Positions 28,627-36,155 of a stretch of DNA of 64,000 nt are shown here, piece by piece. The position numbers were made by a program, and so were the translations under genes. Positions within the stretch are counted from its first letter, which is position 1, and each line of letters opens with the position of its first letter. The notes beneath the pieces were generated by a model that saw nothing but the letters and a program-made list of their open reading frames with translations, ran no database searches and was not told where the DNA came from. This DNA comes from Nitrososphaeraceae archaeon (GTDB lineage: Archaea; Thermoproteota; Nitrososphaeria; Nitrososphaerales; Nitrososphaeraceae): contig DATBHO010000089.1 of assembly GCA_036557405.1 (NCBI GenBank), positions 1,991-65,990 of the forward strand, written 5' to 3'.

Positions 28627-29349
28627 TTAGCAATTTGATTTCTTGGTGTCACCTTCTGACGGATGATAATCTAGGATAATATCATGTCCGCTTCCACAGT
28701 CAAATTTATCGGCTCCTGAGCCACCTTTGAGTACGTCATCACCAGATCCGCCATTGAGTTTATCATTTCCCTTTCCACCTGATAATCTATCATCGCCACT
28801 TCCTCCAGCTAGGTTGTCCTTACCTGCATAACCTTTTAGTTTGTCATCCCCTTCTTCCCCATATAGCCAATCATTTCCTTGGTTTCCTGCCATCCAATCA
28901 GCGCCTTTACTTCCATAAATAAAGTCATTGCCCTTATTTCCTTCTAGTATATCATTGCCCTTTCCACCTGTTATGTCATCATCGCCACTATTACCTTGAA
29001 TCACATCGGAATTCTTTCCACCATATATGGTATCATCGCCACCATTCCCTTCAACTATGTCTTCACCATCTCCTGCCAATATGTAATCATCACCAGAATT
29101 TCCCATGATGTTGTCATCTCCATCTTCTCCATACAGATTATCATGTCCATCTTTTCCCCAAATGGTATCATCGCCTTTCTGTCCCCATATGCTATCATCC
29201 TTATTAGTTCCTGGAAGATCATCATCACCATTAGTTCCTACGATGTTCTTTGCCATTGCACTATGAACAAGTGATGGAGATAGTGCAACCGCTACAAGTG
29301 CAATTAAAGCAACAACTATTTTTTTACCGTTGATAATCTTATAGTACAT
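28627..29349 (-). CDS. secreted protein made of hemolysin-type (RTX) calcium-binding nonapeptide repeats
   Basis: Signal-like N-terminus followed by about 20 consecutive G-x-D/N-D-x-[LIVW]-x-G-x-x nonapeptides (GDDTIWGKD GHDNLYGED GDDNIMGNS ... GDDVLKGGS GADKFDCGS). Confidence 0.8.
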   Translation of the reverse strand: MYYKIINGKKIVVALIALVAVALSPSLVHSAMAKNIVGTNGDDDLPGTNKDDSIWGQKGDDTIWGKDGHDNLYGEDGDDNIMGNSGDDYILAGDGEDIVEGNGGDDTIYGGKNSDVIQGNSGDDDITGGKGNDILEGNKGNDFIYGSKGADWMAGNQGNDWLYGEEGDDKLKGYAGKDNLAGGSGDDRLSGGKGNDKLNGGSGDDVLKGGSGADKFDCGSGHDIILDYHPSEGDTKKSNC

Positions 29350-29487
29350 CTCTTATCTACAACAAGTAGAATGAGCACTAATTTAAGCAGTACTTTTTTT
29401 TGAGTGAATTGTTGTTATATTTGTTAACACAGCGTACATTCTAAAATAGTTAAACATCAGTTGGACCGTGAGTATGATTATAAAGTA

Positions 29488-29589
29488 CGCCGGGAGAGGG
29501 ATTTGAACCCTCGAGACCTTCACAGGTCACAAGCTTTCGGTACTTGGATGGTTCCAGGCTTGCGCCCTACCAGGCTAGGCGACCCCGGC
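29488..29589 (-). tRNA. tRNA-Ser (GGA if the intron is at 37/38) with a 16-nt intron
   Basis: Reverse strand. Acceptor GCCGGGG/TCCCGGC with discriminator G. D arm GCCT-AGCCTGGTA-GGGC. Anticodon stem CAAGC/GCTTG enclosing 23 nt (CTGGAA+16+A). Long variable arm TGACCTGTGAAGGTCTC. T arm GAGGG-TTCAAAT-CCCTC. Confidence 0.9.
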
Positions 29590-29611
29590 TCAGAATCTAC
29601 TCAATTTTTTC

Positions 29612-29620
29612 TTTATATTA
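29612..29620 (-). promoter_or_regulatory. TATA-like box upstream of tRNA-Ser
   Basis: On the minus strand, TAATATAAA lies about 23-31 nt upstream of tRNA position 1. Confidence 0.4.
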
Positions 29621-29675
29621 ACTATTAATTAGGCTCGTGTAATGGAACTTTTTGAAAAAATGTTGTCTTGAAGGA

Positions 29676-29831
29676 TTATTTCTCGCTTAACAGCTTTCCG
29701 GACATCATGTCGTACTCATTAATGTTGCGATGCCCTAATTTATCGACGTGTTCTTCAACATCAGAGCGAAATGAAAACGTAGAACTACATTCTTTACAAA
29801 TCCAGATTGACTTCAGGTCATAGTTTTTCAT
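29676..29831 (-). CDS. small C2H2 zinc-finger protein (one classical finger)
   Basis: Not in the ORF track (51 aa). My translation is MKNYDLKSIWICKECSSTFSFRSDVEEHVDKLGHRNINEYDMMSGKLLSEK, giving W-x-C-x2-C-x3-F-x5-V-x2-H-x5-H. Confidence 0.6.
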   Translation of the reverse strand: MKNYDLKSIWICKECSSTFSFRSDVEEHVDKLGHRNINEYDMMSGKLLSEK

Positions 29832-29966
29832 TAGTCAATTTGAAATATATTACATTAAATTTAAACAATAAGGTAGGAAGTTACATATTATTCATTAAAT
29901 AAAATCTTTCTAAAGTATTAAGTAGTTGATTTTATTGTAAAAAACAATTAATAGACAGATTCTGGG

Positions 29967-30173
29967 ATGATCCAGGAAAAGACTATAATATTCATTCTAG
30001 TATCCTCAATACTGATGAGCACTACCTCCATTTCAAGCGATTGCAAGAATAATAGGCACCTTGAATGTCTTGATTGTATGTGCAAATGTCATATTCCCGG
30101 TACTATGGAGAATCTGGCAAAAAAGATTGCTAAACTTGAGAAAGAAACCCCTGGTGTCGGTGAATCGCTTTAA
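29967..30173 (+). CDS. hypothetical small Cys-rich membrane/secreted protein
   Basis: N-terminal hydrophobic helix followed by CKNNRHLECLDCMCKCH. Supported only by ORF integrity. Confidence 0.3.
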   Translation: MIQEKTIIFILVSSILMSTTSISSDCKNNRHLECLDCMCKCHIPGTMENLAKKIAKLEKETPGVGESL

Positions 30174-30212
30174 TTTTAGTTATACTATGACTAATTCTAG
30201 TTTTTTGCAGTT

Positions 30213-30821
30213 TCATGAGCTATTATTCATCCCAGTAAATGCTGAACAGACTAGATAAAATTCACTACTTCTCTGCCTGCTTGCCTTTGGCTTGCTTGTT
30301 GTTACTTTCTTAAATATTCTACATGCCTCTTGTTTAACATTTCCTGAATATTCACCCTCAAAGATTTTGAATATCGCGTTGCCACCAACTTTCAAAAGCT
30401 TTTTCGATATCTGCAATGCAACTAATGTTAGTGATATTTGTCTCTCGTGATCGTAGTGCCAGATTCCACTAACGTTAGGAGATAAATCAGACAGTACTAC
30501 ATCAAATGAATTTGGATACCTTTGCTTGATAATTTGTAAGATATTCGGATCCTCTATGTCAACCTGAAATACCGAAGTTCCAGCAATCGGTTGGATTGGA
30601 CTTATATCAATACCAACAACTTTCCCATTTACACCTGAATATTTCTTGGAAACTTGTAACCATCCACCTGGGGCACATCCAATATCCAAAACGGTGTCGC
30701 TTTCTTTCACTATGTTATATTTCTTAATAAGCTCTAACAGCTTATATGAAGACCTACTCCTGTAACCTTGGTCTTTTGCTAATTTTCTATATTGATCCCT
30801 TAACGCACTTTCTATTTTCAT
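30213..30821 (-). CDS. rlmE: 23S rRNA 2'-O-ribose methyltransferase RlmE/FtsJ
   Basis: YRSRSSYKLLEL..., the SAM motif VLDIGCAPGGW, then DLSP and KIFEG motifs of the FtsJ family. Confidence 0.85.
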   Translation of the reverse strand: MKIESALRDQYRKLAKDQGYRSRSSYKLLELIKKYNIVKESDTVLDIGCAPGGWLQVSKKYSGVNGKVVGIDISPIQPIAGTSVFQVDIEDPNILQIIKQRYPNSFDVVLSDLSPNVSGIWHYDHERQISLTLVALQISKKLLKVGGNAIFKIFEGEYSGNVKQEACRIFKKVTTSKPKASRQRSSEFYLVCSAFTGMNNSS

Positions 30822-30960
30822 ATATTAATAATTGCTCTCCTCACTTCAGCTTGTAGTTTGAAAGTTTTTTCGAATTCATAATTACCTCACTATTCTTTAA
30901 TTTCAGATCTAGGCTAGATGGTGTCATAAAGTCATAAATTCTGTGCAAATTCACTTATTG

Positions 30961-31107
30961 CTACGTAAAGTATCTTCTCATAACAGTTTCCATTCTTAAT
31001 TTCACAATATCTTGATCATTTAAAATCTCAGGATGCCTTTGTCTTAGGTGTCTGAGTGCAAACCTAACATTCTGACCACATATTTTACATTTTGCTTTGC
31101 CGAACAT
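30961..31107 (-). CDS. small C2H2-like zinc-binding protein
   Basis: Not in the ORF track (48 aa). My translation is MFGKAKCKICGQNVRFALRHLRQRHPEILNDQDIVKLRMETVMRRYFT, giving C-x2-C-x8-H-x4-H, a shorter spacer than a classical finger. Confidence 0.4.
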   Translation of the reverse strand: MFGKAKCKICGQNVRFALRHLRQRHPEILNDQDIVKLRMETVMRRYFT

Positions 31108-31327
31108 CAGTGATATAGAAACCTTGCCAGTAATAAAAATTGTCAGACCTTAGAAGACAAAGGGGGGAGGGGGTTTATAAATTACTATCTTTGGTAAAGG
31201 GTGGCTCAATTCATAAGGGATAAATCAGTCTGACCTAATTTTTCCATTTCCCCTCACTCATTCTAAACTAGTAATACTTTCTTGATAACAAATATTGTAA
31301 AAAAGTTTTAAAATAACACACATATTT

Positions 31328-31582
31328 TTACCCAATTCCGATAGGCGGCCTTTTATGTTCGCTGTGTTCAAGAAGTTTGTGATAATTTAACATATCTGCA
31401 TCATCAAACATTTTTCCACAAATTTCACATTTCCACTTACTAATCCCTTCAGCAGTTTTACTTGACTGCTCAGAAGACATACTATTATTAAAGAGGTCAT
31501 TGCAGATAAGGTTTTCATCATAAATGTCGAAATCAAATAGATTATCAATTTGTAGATGATAATCAAAATGGGTTAGGTTCAT
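31328..31582 (-). CDS. C2H2 zinc-finger protein (one classical finger, acidic N-terminus)
   Basis: WKCEICGKMFDDADMLNYHKLLEH gives W-x-C-x2-C-x3-F-x5-L-x2-H-x4-H. Confidence 0.65.
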   Translation of the reverse strand: MNLTHFDYHLQIDNLFDFDIYDENLICNDLFNNSMSSEQSSKTAEGISKWKCEICGKMFDDADMLNYHKLLEHSEHKRPPIGIG

Positions 31583-31745
31583 AGGATTCTAATTGGTTAA
31601 GTTATTGGTATTAATCATCTAACCAGTTAATCTAATTATTGAATAATATTTTCATTGAACGAAAAATTTCTAAACATTTGTTTAGTGCAAATTTAACATA
31701 AAATTTCGAAAAACAAAAATTTAGGATTAAAAAGACCATATTTGA

Positions 31746-31913
31746 ATGCCAATAACTGACCAGAATAAGAAACACATTGCACAGCAGAGAAGGTTATTTT
31801 ATAAAATATGTTTTGATTGTGGTGGAAAAAATCCCATACTTGCTTCAAGGTGCAGAAAATGCCATGGAAAACACATGAGGCTCAAAAATAGAACATTAGG
31901 AGCCAAAAAGTAG
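31746..31913 (+). CDS. rpl40e: 50S ribosomal protein L40e
   Basis: Not in the ORF track (55 aa). My translation is MPITDQNKKHIAQQRRLFYKICFDCGGKNPILASRCRKCHGKHMRLKNRTLGAKK, which has the L40e C4 pattern K-I-C-x2-C-x10-C-R-K-C. Confidence 0.8.
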   Translation: MPITDQNKKHIAQQRRLFYKICFDCGGKNPILASRCRKCHGKHMRLKNRTLGAKK

Positions 31914-31953
31914 ACTTTTTTTTAAATTTAGTCTAATGTGGGCGTTTTAAGAA

Positions 31954-31963
31954 TATATAAATA
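31954..31963 (+). promoter_or_regulatory. TATA-like box upstream of 4-hydroxybutyryl-CoA dehydratase
   Basis: ATATATAAAT lies 34 nt upstream of the ATG at 31988. Confidence 0.35.
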
Positions 31964-31987
31964 TTATCAAGGTGAATTCTAATTATT

Positions 31988-33499
31988 ATGCCGATTATGA
32001 CGGGAGAAGAGTATATTCAAAGCTTGAGAGGGCGTAAAATGAAAGTTTACCTTTTTGGCGAACTAGTAAAAGAACCCGTTGACCACCCTATGATCAGGCC
32101 TTCAATTAATGCCGTAGCTGAAACATATAACGTCGCTACTAGAGATCCTGAATTGGCGTCAGCACGATCTTCACTTACAGGTAATGAAGTAAACAGATTT
32201 TTGCACATTGCTGAGAGTGCCGAAGATCTGGTTAATCAGAATAGAATGCAGAGAAAGCTGGGCCAACTTACAGGGACCTGTTTTCAAAGATGTGTGGGAA
32301 TGGATGCACTGAATTCACTCTATTCAACAACATTTGAGATTGATAAAAAATTCGGCACTGCATATCATGAACGCTTTAAGAAATTTGTAAAGAAAATGCA
32401 AGATGACAATCTTGTAATTGGTGGAGCGATGACAGATGTTAAAGGTGATAGGAGCCTAAGTCCTTCGCAACAAGAAGATCCAGATCTTTTCGTTCATATT
32501 TCAAAGCGAGACCAAAATGGTATTTACATTTCTGGTGCAAAGGCACATCAAACTGGATGCATTAATTCACACTGGATACTGGTGATGCCTACAATGAGAC
32601 TAAGGGACGAGGATAAACAATACGCAATTGTTGGAGCAATACCAGCAGATGCAGAGGGAATTACTTACATCTATGGGAGGCAATCCTGCGATACTCGTAG
32701 TATGGAGAATGGTGATTTGGATGCGGGAAATTCTAAATTTTCTGGGCAAGAGGCAATGATAATTTTTGATAATGCCTTCATTCCAAATGATTTAATCTTC
32801 ATGGATGGAGAATACGAGTTTGCTTCCATGTTGGTTGAGAGGTTTACGTGTTATCATAGACGTAGTTATGTTTGCAAAACTGGATTAGGAGACGTTCTAA
32901 TTGGGGCTGCTGCCTCAATCGCTGATTATAATGGAATTTCCAATGCGTCGCATATCAAAGACAAACTCGTTGAAATGACTCACCTAAACGAAACCATTTT
33001 CGGAGCCGGGATAGCATCATCATATCAAGCACATAAAACATTATCAGGAAATTATCAAAATGACGACATGCTGGCAAATGTTTGTAAACACAATGTAACG
33101 AGATTTCCATATGAAATCGGCAGGCTTGCACAAGATATAGCCGGAGGTCTGATGGTGACTATGCCTTCTGAAAGGGACTTTCGTAGTCCTAATACAGGAC
33201 CACTTCTTGAAAAATACTTAAAGGGTAGAAAAGGGGTTTCTACAGAAAATAGAGTGAGAATTTTAAGACTCATTGAGAATATGACACTTGGACGGAACGC
33301 AGTTGGATATCTTACAGAATCAATGCATGGTGCAGGATCACCACAAGCACAAAGAATCCAAATTGCTAGACAAATGCAACTAGGGTACAAGAAAAAATTA
33401 GCCAAAGATCTTGCAGGGGTTGATGAAGGTGAATCTTCTCAAATAATCAATGAACACTCGGAATATTTTGATAGAATATTCGGATTAAATACAACTTAA
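31988..33499 (+). CDS. abfD: 4-hydroxybutyryl-CoA dehydratase / vinylacetyl-CoA isomerase
   Basis: 503-aa protein of the 4-BUDH family (MTGEEYIQSLRGRK start, the C-x3-C region FQRCVGMDALN, a HpaB-like fold). Key enzyme of the thaumarchaeal HP/HB cycle. Confidence 0.85.
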   Translation: MPIMTGEEYIQSLRGRKMKVYLFGELVKEPVDHPMIRPSINAVAETYNVATRDPELASARSSLTGNEVNRFLHIAESAEDLVNQNRMQRKLGQLTGTCFQRCVGMDALNSLYSTTFEIDKKFGTAYHERFKKFVKKMQDDNLVIGGAMTDVKGDRSLSPSQQEDPDLFVHISKRDQNGIYISGAKAHQTGCINSHWILVMPTMRLRDEDKQYAIVGAIPADAEGITYIYGRQSCDTRSMENGDLDAGNSKFSGQEAMIIFDNAFIPNDLIFMDGEYEFASMLVERFTCYHRRSYVCKTGLGDVLIGAAASIADYNGISNASHIKDKLVEMTHLNETIFGAGIASSYQAHKTLSGNYQNDDMLANVCKHNVTRFPYEIGRLAQDIAGGLMVTMPSERDFRSPNTGPLLEKYLKGRKGVSTENRVRILRLIENMTLGRNAVGYLTESMHGAGSPQAQRIQIARQMQLGYKKKLAKDLAGVDEGESSQIINEHSEYFDRIFGLNTT

Positions 33500-33622
33500 T
33501 TTCTAATACCTGACTGATTATTAACGGACACGATTGCTTGACTTCCACTTTATTATTGTAAATGTATTATTTTGTCGGAACGTTAATTATGTAGCAGGCT
33601 AGGATATGAAGAACAATCGATA

Positions 33623-34153
33623 ATGAATGACAAACAGTTTAAAGATCTGGTTATAAGTTGGAATGATTTTCCTACCAAGGGAATTAAGTTCAAAGACATA
33701 AATCCACTCTTGATGACTCCAGATTCAATAGATTATCTTGATGTAAAATTATTCCACATGTGTGCTAATGTTCAAGTAAACAAAATTGCTGCAATTGAAT
33801 CACGTGGATTTATACCTGGATCACTTCTTGCAAAAAGCTTGAATAAGGGATTAGTTCTGATTAGAAAAGAAGGAAAATTACCAGGCCCTACAATTAAACA
33901 GTCCTATAGTATTGAATATGGTACTAGAATCATGGAAATTCAAAATGATGCGATTTTGGGCGGGGAGAAAATTCTAATAGTAGATGACTTGCTTGCAACC
34001 GGAGGTACTGCGGTTGCAGCTGCTTCACTTGTCGAAAAATTGGGCGGCATAGTTGGTGGATTCGTGTTTATCATTTGTTTAAACTATTTGGAAGGGACGG
34101 ATACGCTAAAAAAACATGGATATGAGGTCAACTGCATTTTGGAGTATGACTGA
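33623..34153 (+). CDS. apt: adenine phosphoribosyltransferase
   Basis: FPTKGIKFKDI plus the PRPP motif ILIVDDLLATGGTA. Confidence 0.9.
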   Translation: MNDKQFKDLVISWNDFPTKGIKFKDINPLLMTPDSIDYLDVKLFHMCANVQVNKIAAIESRGFIPGSLLAKSLNKGLVLIRKEGKLPGPTIKQSYSIEYGTRIMEIQNDAILGGEKILIVDDLLATGGTAVAAASLVEKLGGIVGGFVFIICLNYLEGTDTLKKHGYEVNCILEYD

Positions 34154-34156
34154 CAT

Positions 34157-34957
34157 ATGAAAGATTGCGATTCTGAAATTGGTATTATAGGCGGCACTGG
34201 GATCTATAATGCAGAATTACTTGATAATTCAAAATCATTCAAGATCTTTACCCCATATGGTAGCACTTCTGATTTAATAACAATCGGAGAATATGAAGGC
34301 AGATCGGTTGCATTCATTCCACGTCATGGTAAAGGACATACCATCCCTCCACACAAGGTCAATAGTAGGGCCAACATTTGGGCTCTTCATTCATTAGGTG
34401 TATCAAGGATCATAGCGCCTTCAGCAGTAGGCAGTCTACGTGACAGCTATAAACCTGGAGATATTGTTCTTCCGGATCAATTTATAGATATTACTAAACA
34501 AAGAGAGTATACTTTTTATAACGAAGGACAAGTATGCCACGTATCATGCGCAGATCCTTTTTGTAATGAATTAAGGGATATTTTTGTAAAAGTTGGTAAA
34601 CTGCTAGATTACGATATGCATGAACGATCTACCTATATTTGCATTGAGGGACCTCGTTTTTCAACAAAAGCTGAATCAAAATATTTTAAAGATATTTTAC
34701 AAGGGGATATTATTGGAATGACTCTCATCCCAGAATGCGTACTTGCAAGAGAAATGGAAATATGCTACATTTCTATTGCTACGGTTACTGACTATGATGT
34801 TTGGTATGAAAATCCGGTTTCATCTAAAGAAATTCTTGAGGTTCTCACAAAAAATACCAATAAAATTAAAGAATTGCTAGCAAAATTCATACCGTGCATT
34901 CCAGAATCGAGAAATAAATGCAAATGCAAGACAGCATTACAGGATTCTATGGTTTGA
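34157..34957 (+). CDS. mtnP: S-methyl-5'-thioadenosine phosphorylase
   Basis: IGIIGGTGIY, FIPRHGKGH, IIGMT and EGPRFST motifs of MTAP/PNP family 2. Confidence 0.85.
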   Translation: MKDCDSEIGIIGGTGIYNAELLDNSKSFKIFTPYGSTSDLITIGEYEGRSVAFIPRHGKGHTIPPHKVNSRANIWALHSLGVSRIIAPSAVGSLRDSYKPGDIVLPDQFIDITKQREYTFYNEGQVCHVSCADPFCNELRDIFVKVGKLLDYDMHERSTYICIEGPRFSTKAESKYFKDILQGDIIGMTLIPECVLAREMEICYISIATVTDYDVWYENPVSSKEILEVLTKNTNKIKELLAKFIPCIPESRNKCKCKTALQDSMV

Positions 34958-35252
34958 TTTGTTTCTTGGTTGTAGGATCTATGAGATTTACTTCTCCCTC
35001 TACGAGTTTTCGCTGCAGGACTAGTTGAAAATTTTCGGTCTCATAACCCAATTCTTTCAATTTGGACAAAGTTTTTTTTGTCAAGTTGAGACTAATATTA
35101 TGTCCCCCTATTCTTCCAAAGGCAATTGCGTTAAACTTAAGTTTAATATCTTTAACGACAAAGTAACCTCTTAATTTGCTTGCATACTCTCCGCCCTGAG
35201 CATTTTCTACGTATATTTCCGGTTCATCAGAAGGATACGAGTCACGTATCAC
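34947..35252 (-). CDS. hypothetical protein (last gene of wHTH cassette)
   Basis: 101 aa with no recognisable motif. Its start overlaps the upstream gene's stop by 4 nt (ATGA), and its 3' end overlaps convergent mtnP by 11 nt. Confidence 0.5.
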   Translation of the reverse strand: MIRDSYPSDEPEIYVENAQGGEYASKLRGYFVVKDIKLKFNAIAFGRIGGHNISLNLTKKTLSKLKELGYETENFQLVLQRKLVEGEVNLIDPTTKKQIKP

Positions 35253-35662
35253 TTTGGGTTTTCCTCATTTGTAATCTCAATGCTTCTATTTACATTCTTA
35301 GAGACTAAAAAACTCCACCAATTATCATCTTCTATCTTGTAACCGGAGACCTGAACTTCAACCGTTGTTTCGTCGTCAGTATCTAAGAACGATAATCTTC
35401 CATTTTTTATTATTCCTATTAATTTCCACCTCTCTTTACCCACCCTATTTCTATTAATGGCTACGGCCCATTCTTGGTTATCTGGGATGGAAGGCATCCC
35501 GATATAATCTACTATTTCTAAAATACCCAATCGTTTCTCTTCACAATATAATTTCTTATCTAAAACATTTCTCCAGATATCGACGGCTCCTATTGTCCTA
35601 TTATTTTCATTAATGTTAATCACTCCAAAATAGACCACCTTGTTTTCTGGGATGGTTGACAT
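35249..35662 (-). CDS. hypothetical protein (middle gene of wHTH cassette)
   Basis: 137 aa, predicted mostly beta, with no recognisable motif. Translationally coupled to the downstream ORF. Confidence 0.5.
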   Translation of the reverse strand: MSTIPENKVVYFGVININENNRTIGAVDIWRNVLDKKLYCEEKRLGILEIVDYIGMPSIPDNQEWAVAINRNRVGKERWKLIGIIKNGRLSFLDTDDETTVEVQVSGYKIEDDNWWSFLVSKNVNRSIEITNEENPK

Positions 35663-35688
35663 TATACAAATTATGAATTCTAATTGCC

Positions 35689-36048
35689 CTATTTAGTTCT
35701 TGCAGAATCGAATACTTTTTCCAAGACGCTGGCCAAGTTATCTATCTGGTTGTTCTTTTTAAATTCAATGCCTGTTTTTTGACAATGAAGGCGATAGGCA
35801 TTTATGATTGAAAATTTAGGGTGAAACGATTGATACTCTCTCGTCAATTCCAAAATCAATCCTTTCTCAATTAGGCTATTTAGCAAATCACTTGTCTTTT
35901 CAACGGAAAGATTTAGAGCAGCTGATACTTTGTCGACTGGTGTTTTACCATTAACGACCAGAAATAAGAAACACCGAGCTTCAATCTCAGATAAATCAAT
36001 CCTTGACATAAGAGCCTCCTTAATTTTGTCAAATTTGTGTGGAGTCAT
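35689..36048 (-). CDS. TrmB/MarR-like winged-helix transcriptional regulator
   Basis: LSEIEARCFLFLVVNGKTPVDKVSAALNLSVEKTSDLLNSLIEKGLI matches the TrmB N-terminal wHTH pattern. Confidence 0.6.
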   Translation of the reverse strand: MTPHKFDKIKEALMSRIDLSEIEARCFLFLVVNGKTPVDKVSAALNLSVEKTSDLLNSLIEKGLILELTREYQSFHPKFSIINAYRLHCQKTGIEFKKNNQIDNLASVLEKVFDSARTK

Positions 36049-36155
36049 TTTTTTAAATTATTAGATTGACATCTTCAATGTTGTCAACCGTTTGGTGAAA
36101 CCTTGTGACAAATGATACGAATGAATCATTGTAACTAACAAGATAAGAAAAGGTG

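Noticed and set aside
28627-29349. 27-nt periodic repetition that could be mistaken for a repeat array or CRISPR
   Set aside because: The periodicity is the 9-codon RTX nonapeptide. The units are contiguous with no unique spacers, are degenerate at the DNA level, and lie inside an intact ORF with a signal peptide.
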